Origin: Clostridia bacterium
GTDB taxonomy: Bacteria > Bacillota > Clostridia > Oscillospirales > Acutalibacteraceae
DNA length: 64,000 nucleotides
Reading direction: 5' to 3'
NCBI GenBank assembly: GCA_017537245.1
Contig: JAFYLD010000031.1
Location: 742 to 64,741, forward strand
The position numbers and the translations under genes are program-made. The notes under the pieces are model-generated. The model was not told the DNA's origin. It did no database searches and saw only the letters and a program-made list of their open reading frames with translations. Shown here piece after piece: positions 56,403-64,000 of this stretch; the first letter of the stretch is position 1; every line of letters starts with the position of its first letter.

Positions 56403-56485
56403 ATAAATTATCTCCTATTAAGCCTCCCTTGCCCTAAAGGGAGGGGGACCGCATCAGCGGTGGTGGGATATTCATTTTGATAAAA

Positions 56486-56523
56486 TTAAAAAGGCGAAAA
56501 GGGTGTTCCCCTAATCGCCTTTT
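56486..56523 (-). terminator. intrinsic terminator after rpsU
   Basis: Stem AAAGGCGA/TCGCCTTT with an internal GGGG/CCC(T) extension. T-run on the minus strand. Confidence 0.7.
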
Positions 56524-56535
56524 AAGTGCCGTAAA

Positions 56536-56712
56536 TTAGCGGAACTTTCTCTTACGAGCAGCTTCCGACTTCTTCTTACGCTTTACAGAGGGCTTCTCAT
56601 AGTGCTCTCTCTTACGAACTTCTTGAATAACGCCGTCCTTAGCGGTCTGACGCTTAAAGCGACGAAGTGCGTTATCGAGTGATTCGTTTTCTTTTACTTT
56701 TACCTGACTCAT
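56536..56712 (-). CDS. rpsU: 30S ribosomal protein S21
   Basis: [21 protein letters not shown]...[17 protein letters not shown] at 56712 with a GGAGGGAGGG SD. Confidence 0.9.
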   Translation of the reverse strand: MSQVKVKENESLDNALRRFKRQTAKDGVIQEVRKREHYEKPSVKRKKKSEAARKRKFR

Positions 56713-56762
56713 TAACATTCCCTCCCTCCGCAATAGTGCAGGGGTATAAACTTACAAAAGCC

Positions 56763-56792
56763 ATTATACTACAATGGTATATGGAATGTCAA
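56763..56792 (-). promoter_or_regulatory. candidate rpsU promoter
   Basis: On the minus strand: TTGACA (56792-56787), 18 nt, TATAAT (56768-56763). Confidence 0.5.
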
Positions 56793-56808
56793 GAATTATT
56801 TTTTAAAT

Positions 56809-58791
<1,983 letters not shown>

Positions 58792-59484
58792 TTATCCTAA
58801 ATCTCCAAAGTTAAATACTTCGTCTGCTAAGTCATTATTGGGTTGTTCGACAACGTTTGTAAATGAATCGGGAACCTCGCCCGAAATTATTGTTTGCGCG
58901 GCAATAGCCGTAGTAGATACGCTAAACGAATCGGTGCAACCCATCATAAGAATACTCACGTTCACATCAATTTTAATAATTATTTGATGCAACACGTTAT
59001 TTATACCCGCCGACTCAAAACGACTTTCAAAATCGAGTATGGCTGTTTCGGTAAGTTGCATTTTAAATTTAATTTTAGGGCCATAGCCCGTTGTATATTC
59101 ATTACCCCAAAGCGAGCCTATCGGTATGTTTAAATCGTATTTGTTTTTACCGGCCACAATTCGCGAGATTTCGTTTGAAAGACTACTTTTAAACAAATTT
59201 ATCTTTTCAACGTTTATCTCAATACCGGTAATAGTACCGCTGTCATCACGCGAAATAATCGATATATCGTTATACTTTATATTGTTTTGCTCTATTACGT
59301 TTAAAACTGCCTTGTTTGCAGCGTTTAAAATAATTGTTTCAGCCTCGCTTTTAGCGTATGTAAAAACAAAGGGTTTTACGCTAATTACACATATCACAAA
59401 TACTAAAACCAAAGCAAAAATCAATATTGCCCATCGTTTTATGAGTGTAATCGTTTGTTTTTTTATTTTTCTTTTCATCGTCAC
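58792..59484 (-). CDS. yunB: sporulation protein YunB-like
   Basis: 230 aa. Single N-terminal TM and similarity to the YunB family (..KFKMQLTETA..DFESRFESAGINNVLHQI). Recognised from memory. Confidence 0.55.
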   Translation of the reverse strand: MTMKRKIKKQTITLIKRWAILIFALVLVFVICVISVKPFVFTYAKSEAETIILNAANKAVLNVIEQNNIKYNDISIISRDDSGTITGIEINVEKINLFKSSLSNEISRIVAGKNKYDLNIPIGSLWGNEYTTGYGPKIKFKMQLTETAILDFESRFESAGINNVLHQIIIKIDVNVSILMMGCTDSFSVSTTAIAAQTIISGEVPDSFTNVVEQPNNDLADEVFNFGDLG

Positions 59485-59526
59485 ACCCCCACTTCATACT
59501 ACGAAAAAGTGAGTTTTGTGTGAGTG

Positions 59527-60198
59527 TTAAAGAGTAAAGAACAAAATACAAATAAAGTGCATTATACTAGCAAGCACCACAAAAATATGAAAAACCGAAT
59601 GAATATATTTTACCTTTGCGCCAATGCCAAAAAGCACCGCGCCGATAGTGTACATTATACCGCCGCCTAAAAGCCACGTAAATCCCCAAAAAGTGAGCGC
59701 TTTGTACACAGGTACTATGGTTAAAATAACGCACCAACCCATACCTATGTAACAAATCATAGAAAACACTTTATATTTCTTTAAATCAATTGCGGTAAGC
59801 GTAATAGCAAGCGCCGCTATACCCCAAACTATACCAAATATTACCCAAGCGATAACAGGATTTGTTTTTCTAACAAGAGATAGCATTATAGGGGTATACG
59901 TACCCGCTATCATAAAATAAATAGTGCAGTGGTCAAGTACCTGCAATACTTTTTTAGCAGTACCGGGATTTAGACCGTGATAAACACTCGACATTGTAAA
60001 AAGCGATATAACCGACGCGCCGTAAATTGCCGATGATACTACTCCCCAAGTGTTGCTATTAAAAGCCGCCATTATAACGCACGCTACCAAATATATAACG
60101 CCAAGTCCACCGCCAACGATGTGTGTAGTCATATTAAAAACTTCTTCACCGTTTGTATAACTTGGCAGTAATCTATCGATAAGTTTTGTTCGTTTCAT
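59527..60198 (-). CDS. hemolysin III / PAQR family membrane protein
   Basis: 223 aa with 7 TM segments. His motifs (TTHIVGG...; SVYHG; HSVFHIFV) are typical of the HlyIII family. Confidence 0.75.
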   Translation of the reverse strand: MKRTKLIDRLLPSYTNGEEVFNMTTHIVGGGLGVIYLVACVIMAAFNSNTWGVVSSAIYGASVISLFTMSSVYHGLNPGTAKKVLQVLDHCTIYFMIAGTYTPIMLSLVRKTNPVIAWVIFGIVWGIAALAITLTAIDLKKYKVFSMICYIGMGWCVILTIVPVYKALTFWGFTWLLGGGIMYTIGAVLFGIGAKVKYIHSVFHIFVVLASIMHFICILFFTL

Positions 60199-60265
60199 AG
60201 AGTTTTATCCTTTTGATTTTACTCTATTCATTATATCACAAAAGAAACGTTTTTTCAATCAATAA

Positions 60266-60297
60266 ACAAAAAACAAGGCGACAAAAGTCGCCTTGTT
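60266..60297 (-). terminator. intrinsic terminator after the aminopeptidase gene
   Basis: 11-bp stem AACAAGGCGAC/GTCGCCTTGTT followed by a T-run on the minus strand. Confidence 0.8.
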
Positions 60298-60304
60298 AAA
60301 TAAA

Positions 60305-61696
60305 TTATTTCATAAATTCGTACATTGCGCGGTAGCACATATATACGTCAAGTTTTGAAGTTGTTTCGTAAGGAGCGTGCATTGAAAGTACAGGCACACC
60401 AAGGTCAATTACGTCAATACCAAGGTTTGCAACGTACATAGCAACAGTACCGCCGCCGCCTGCGTCAATCTTACCAAGCTCGCCTGTTTGCCAGATAATA
60501 CCCGCGTTATCAAGCATAGCGCGTACTTCTGCAACGTATTCGGCAGATGCGTCAGAAGTGCCGCCTTTACCGCCGCCGCCTGTGTATTTAGTAACAACTA
60601 CGCCGTAGTTTAAGAAACTAGCGTTTCTGCGTTCCATAACGTCTTGGAAGGTTGGATCAGTACCAGCGTTAACGTCAGCAGAAAGGCACTTTGAGTTGCG
60701 AAGTGCAACTGTTTCGTCACAACCCTGCATTACGCAAATATCGTGAACCACGTGTGGCAAGAAGTCAGACTGCAAGCCTGTGTTACCCATAGAACCGATT
60801 TCTTCCTTATCGGTAAGAATAGCAATAGCAGTCTTTTCTGGTGCTTCAACCTCTAAAATAGCGGTAAGAGCAGGATATGCGCATACGCGGTCGTCCTGAC
60901 CGTAAGCGCCAACGAGTGAGCGATCAAAACCAATGTCGCAAGCCTTTGCCGCAGGAACGAGTTCAAGCTCTGCAGAAAGGAAATCTTCCTCGGTAATATC
61001 GTATTTTTCGTTTAAGATTTTAAGAATGTTGAGTTTTACAAGCTCGCTACCCTCGTCACTCTTAAATGGCATACTACCAATAAGAACGTTAAGTTCTTCA
61101 CCACGAATACCATCAGAAAGTGTGCGTTTGCTTTGCTCTCTTGCCAAATGTGGAAGCAAGTCGTTGATTACAAATTTAGGATCGGCATCGTCTTCACCAA
61201 TATTTACTTCTACAACACTGCCGTCTTTCTTTGCAAATACGCCGTGAAGCGCAAGTGGTAGAGCTGTCCACTGATATTTTTTAATACCACCATAATAGTG
61301 AGTCTTGAAAAGCGCTAATTCGAGTTCTTCGTAAAGTGGGTTTGGTTTAAGGTCAAGACGTGGTGAGTCAACGTGAGCCGCGGTAATATTGATACCCTTG
61401 TCAGCCGTTTCCTTACCAATTACTGCAAAAGCAACAGTCTTGCCGCGATTGTTAAAGTAAACGCGGTCGCCTGCGTTGTATTTGTTACCAATTACAAAAG
61501 GAACAAAGCCCTTCTCTTCTGCCATAGCGATAGCGGTAGCTACTGCCTCGCGCTCGGTTTTTGCGGCATCAAGATATGCTTTATAACCTTCGCAGTAGTT
61601 TTGCATACTGTCGATAACTGAATCTTCAACCTTTAAAAGACCGTTTTTCTTTTCGTAAAATAGTTTTTGTTTTAAATCTTTTACTGCATCAGACAT
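60305..61696 (-). CDS. M18-family aminopeptidase
   Basis: 463 aa. AHVDSPRLD, DKEEIGS and MHAPYE metal-ligand contexts of M18 (aminopeptidase 1-like). Confidence 0.75.
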   Translation of the reverse strand: MSDAVKDLKQKLFYEKKNGLLKVEDSVIDSMQNYCEGYKAYLDAAKTEREAVATAIAMAEEKGFVPFVIGNKYNAGDRVYFNNRGKTVAFAVIGKETADKGINITAAHVDSPRLDLKPNPLYEELELALFKTHYYGGIKKYQWTALPLALHGVFAKKDGSVVEVNIGEDDADPKFVINDLLPHLAREQSKRTLSDGIRGEELNVLIGSMPFKSDEGSELVKLNILKILNEKYDITEEDFLSAELELVPAAKACDIGFDRSLVGAYGQDDRVCAYPALTAILEVEAPEKTAIAILTDKEEIGSMGNTGLQSDFLPHVVHDICVMQGCDETVALRNSKCLSADVNAGTDPTFQDVMERRNASFLNYGVVVTKYTGGGGKGGTSDASAEYVAEVRAMLDNAGIIWQTGELGKIDAGGGGTVAMYVANLGIDVIDLGVPVLSMHAPYETTSKLDVYMCYRAMYEFMK

Positions 61697-62282
61697 TATT
61701 ATATTCCTCCAATAGTTTAGTTAAAAGTTTTTGTATTTTTAGATTAAAAACCGATAGTTCACAATCATTATACACTATGTTATCAGTTTTTTCTATATAA
61801 AATTCTTCTGGTTTGCCGGCGCTCATGCGAAGCTCGGCCGCTGTTTCATCAATACCATCGCGCTCCATAATACGAGCTTTGCGAGTTTTTTCGTCGGATA
61901 TAACGGCAATTACCTCGTTACAAATGCTATTAGCACCACTTTCAAAAAGCGTTGGCGCATCTAATAGCACCCTGTCCTCATTTATTTCATCACGAACAAG
62001 CATCATAATATATGGCAAAAGTGTTTTGTTTAAAAGCTCTGTGTTTTCAGGGGTTGAAAATGCAACTTCGGCTAATTTTTTTCGGTTTATTTCACCCTCA
62101 CGATTTAAAATCTCAACACCGAACACATTCATTAAAGCGCCGTGACCGGCACTGCCTCTTTCTACGGCTTTTCTGGCAAGTTTGTCGCAGTCAACAATCT
62201 TAAATCCCATTTCCTTGGCTACTGCGGTAGCGCTGCTTTTTCCTGATCCCGTAGGGCCTGTAAGACCTACTACAAAACTCAT
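61689..62282 (-). CDS. coaE: dephospho-CoA kinase
   Basis: 197 aa. P-loop GLTGPTGSGKSS. Overlaps the downstream gene by 8 nt. Confidence 0.85.
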   Translation of the reverse strand: MSFVVGLTGPTGSGKSSATAVAKEMGFKIVDCDKLARKAVERGSAGHGALMNVFGVEILNREGEINRKKLAEVAFSTPENTELLNKTLLPYIMMLVRDEINEDRVLLDAPTLFESGANSICNEVIAVISDEKTRKARIMERDGIDETAAELRMSAGKPEEFYIEKTDNIVYNDCELSVFNLKIQKLLTKLLEEYNNV

Positions 62283-63298
62283 AATTTAATCACCTCAAAA
62301 CCACAAGCTCGGATAAGTCGGTTGTAAACTGCTAGACCCACTCCGTCCTTGCTTGGCGCGTGAATATAAACCTCTTTAACGTTTAGCGAGTCTATATCAC
62401 GCAAACACGAAAATACGTTTTGTGCCAAAGTGCTTTCGTCACGCTTTGAACCATACGACATTTTCGGTACGTTTACGTTATAATATTCTTCCTCAAAACA
62501 AATCGCCGCAGCGTTTTCTTTGGAATTAACAAAACTAACAAAGCTATTGCTGCAACCTTCTACCAAAAACGCGGTCGTGTTTGGAGCGTAATGCTTATAT
62601 TTCATACCGGGTGACGCTGCCGCTACGCCGTCTTTTAACTTTTCGAGCACCGCGTCATCTACTATAAGCTCTGGCAAAATAGCTCGTAATTGCTCGGGGG
62701 TTACAGCGCCCGGACGTAAAAGTCGAGGCTTTTCGCCAACCAACGATACCACCGTTGACTCAACGCCAACCATACAATCACCGCCAATTACCACAGCATT
62801 GATCTTACCGTCAAGGTCATCGATTACGTGAGCCGCAGTCGTTGGACTTGGTTTGCCCGAAGTGTTAGCGCTAGGCGCGGCAAGGGGTAAACCGCTTTTT
62901 TCGATTATATCACATATCGTTTTATCGCTCGGGAATCTAACGGCTACTGTTTTGAGCCCACCCGATACGCTTTCGGCAATTTTGTCACCTTTTGGTAATA
63001 CCATTGTAAACGGTCCCGGCCAAAACGCACGAGCGCACTGGTAAGCCACGTCGGGTATATCGCAGGCAATATCACTCAACATATCAAGGTTTGAAATGTG
63101 AACGATAAGCGGATTATCTTGTGGTCTGCCTTTGGCGGCAAAGATAGACTTTATAGCATCATCATTATAAGCGGATGCCGCAAGTCCATAAACCGTTTCG
63201 GTAGGTACGGCTACGATACCGCCACCATTTAAAATTTCAGATGCTACGTTTATTGAATTTTCATAATCGGCAATAGCATCTAACTTTAGCGTTTCCAT
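62279..63298 (-). CDS. tsaC: L-threonylcarbamoyladenylate synthase (Sua5/YwlC type, YrdC plus Sua5 domains)
   Basis: VPTETVYGLAA...KGRP..NPLIVH...SANTSG. ATG at 63298 with an AGGAG SD lies 1 nt after the prfA stop. The track's extension is rejected. Confidence 0.85.
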   Translation of the reverse strand: METLKLDAIADYENSINVASEILNGGGIVAVPTETVYGLAASAYNDDAIKSIFAAKGRPQDNPLIVHISNLDMLSDIACDIPDVAYQCARAFWPGPFTMVLPKGDKIAESVSGGLKTVAVRFPSDKTICDIIEKSGLPLAAPSANTSGKPSPTTAAHVIDDLDGKINAVVIGGDCMVGVESTVVSLVGEKPRLLRPGAVTPEQLRAILPELIVDDAVLEKLKDGVAAASPGMKYKHYAPNTTAFLVEGCSNSFVSFVNSKENAAAICFEEEYYNVNVPKMSYGSKRDESTLAQNVFSCLRDIDSLNVKEVYIHAPSKDGVGLAVYNRLIRACGFEVIKL

Positions 63299-63299
63299 T

Positions 63300-64000
63300 T
63301 TAAGAATTCTCCTGTGCTTTAAGAGCCTCTGCACGATAATGGGTTGTAAGTCCATCTACGATTTCCTCAATATCACCGTTTAAAATGCTATCGATTTTAT
63401 AAAGTGTTAGACCTATACGATGATCGGTAACACGACCTTGTGGGTAGTTGTAGGTACGAATACGTTCACTACGATCACCTGTACCAACCTGTGCCTTACG
63501 ATCCGATGCCAAAGCCGCATCAGCCTTTTCTTTTTCAGCATCATAAAGACGTGCGCGCAAAACTTTGAGCGCTTTTTCTTTGTTCTTAAACTGACTACGC
63601 TCGTCCTGACATTCTACTACCACACCGGTAGGAATATGCGTTACACGAATAGCAGAAGAAGTTTTGTTAATGTGCTGACCACCCGCGCCCGATGAACGGA
63701 AGGTGTCAATCTTGAGGTCGGCGGGGTTAAGATTAAATTCTACCTCGTCGGCTTCTGGAAGTACCGCAACAGTTACGGTAGATGTATGAATTCTGCCCTG
63801 TGTTTCGGTGTCAGGCACACGCTGAACACGGTGAACACCGCTTTCGTACTTAAAGCGTGAGTACGCGCCTGCACCCTCTATCATAAAGCTAATTTCCTTA
63901 TAACCGCCAAGCTCGGTTTCGTTAGCGTTTGTAATATCTATGTGCCAACGTTTGCTCTCGGCATACATTGAGTACATTCTAAAAAGTGAAGCCGCAAAGA
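63300..64000 (-). CDS. prfA: peptide chain release factor 1 (N-terminus beyond window end)
   Basis: GGQ motif [11 protein letters not shown] and RVQRVP.TE.QGRIHTS. The frame stays open upstream of the track's Met (..[14 protein letters not shown]..). Confidence 0.9.
   Translation of the reverse strand, partial: FAASLFRMYSMYAESKRWHIDITNANETELGGYKEISFMIEGAGAYSRFKYESGVHRVQRVPDTETQGRIHTSTVTVAVLPEADEVEFNLNPADLKIDTFRSSGAGGQHINKTSSAIRVTHIPTGVVVECQDERSQFKNKEKALKVLRARLYDAEKEKADAALASDRKAQVGTGDRSERIRTYNYPQGRVTDHRIGLTLYKIDSILNGDIEEIVDGLTTHYRAEALKAQENS

Overview
This is a 64-kb chromosomal window from a low-G+C, endospore-forming Firmicute. It looks Clostridia-like: spoIVB, yunB and a sigH-like sigma factor are present. 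I saw no rRNA or tRNA genes, CRISPR array, transposase, integrase or phage genes. Gene density is high, and most ORF-track entries lying antisense to or out of frame with long genes are shadow ORFs. Blocks from left to right: (1) A complete histidine operon on the minus strand, led by a TrpR-like YerC/YecD regulator (yerC-hisZGDCBHAF(IE)-hisK, 78-8505), with a consensus sigmaA promoter and no T-box. (2) rpmB, a HAD phosphatase, an MFS transporter and dCMP deaminase. (3) A signal-peptide-free glycan-processing locus: ROK kinase, GH2 beta-mannosidase-like enzyme, SIS protein, DUF4886/SGNH-like protein, and four tandem equal-length (359 aa) GH16-like paralogs (16564-20976). (4) An XRE regulator/membrane protein pair, spoIVB, an OmpR-type two-component system with an HtrA protease, a zinc-ribbon protein and a sigH-like sigma factor. 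(5) A polar amino-acid ABC transporter operon ending in a second YerC/YecD paralog, then an Amidase_3 cell-wall amidase. (6) potABCD preceded by a ~450-nt, G+C-enriched, highly structured leader with no credible ORF, which I consider the most interesting element in the window. (7) nfnAB, a GHL6-like hydrolase and an acyltransferase-3 cassette. (8) argG and argCJBDF with ARG boxes. (9) A HAD/zinc-ribbon-DUF2628/Nudix/LbH operon. (10) SRP RNA-dnaX-ybaB-recR, followed by housekeeping genes (rpsU, ligA, yunB, coaE, tsaC/sua5, partial prfA). All functional calls come from motif and family recognition by eye; no database search or folding program was run.
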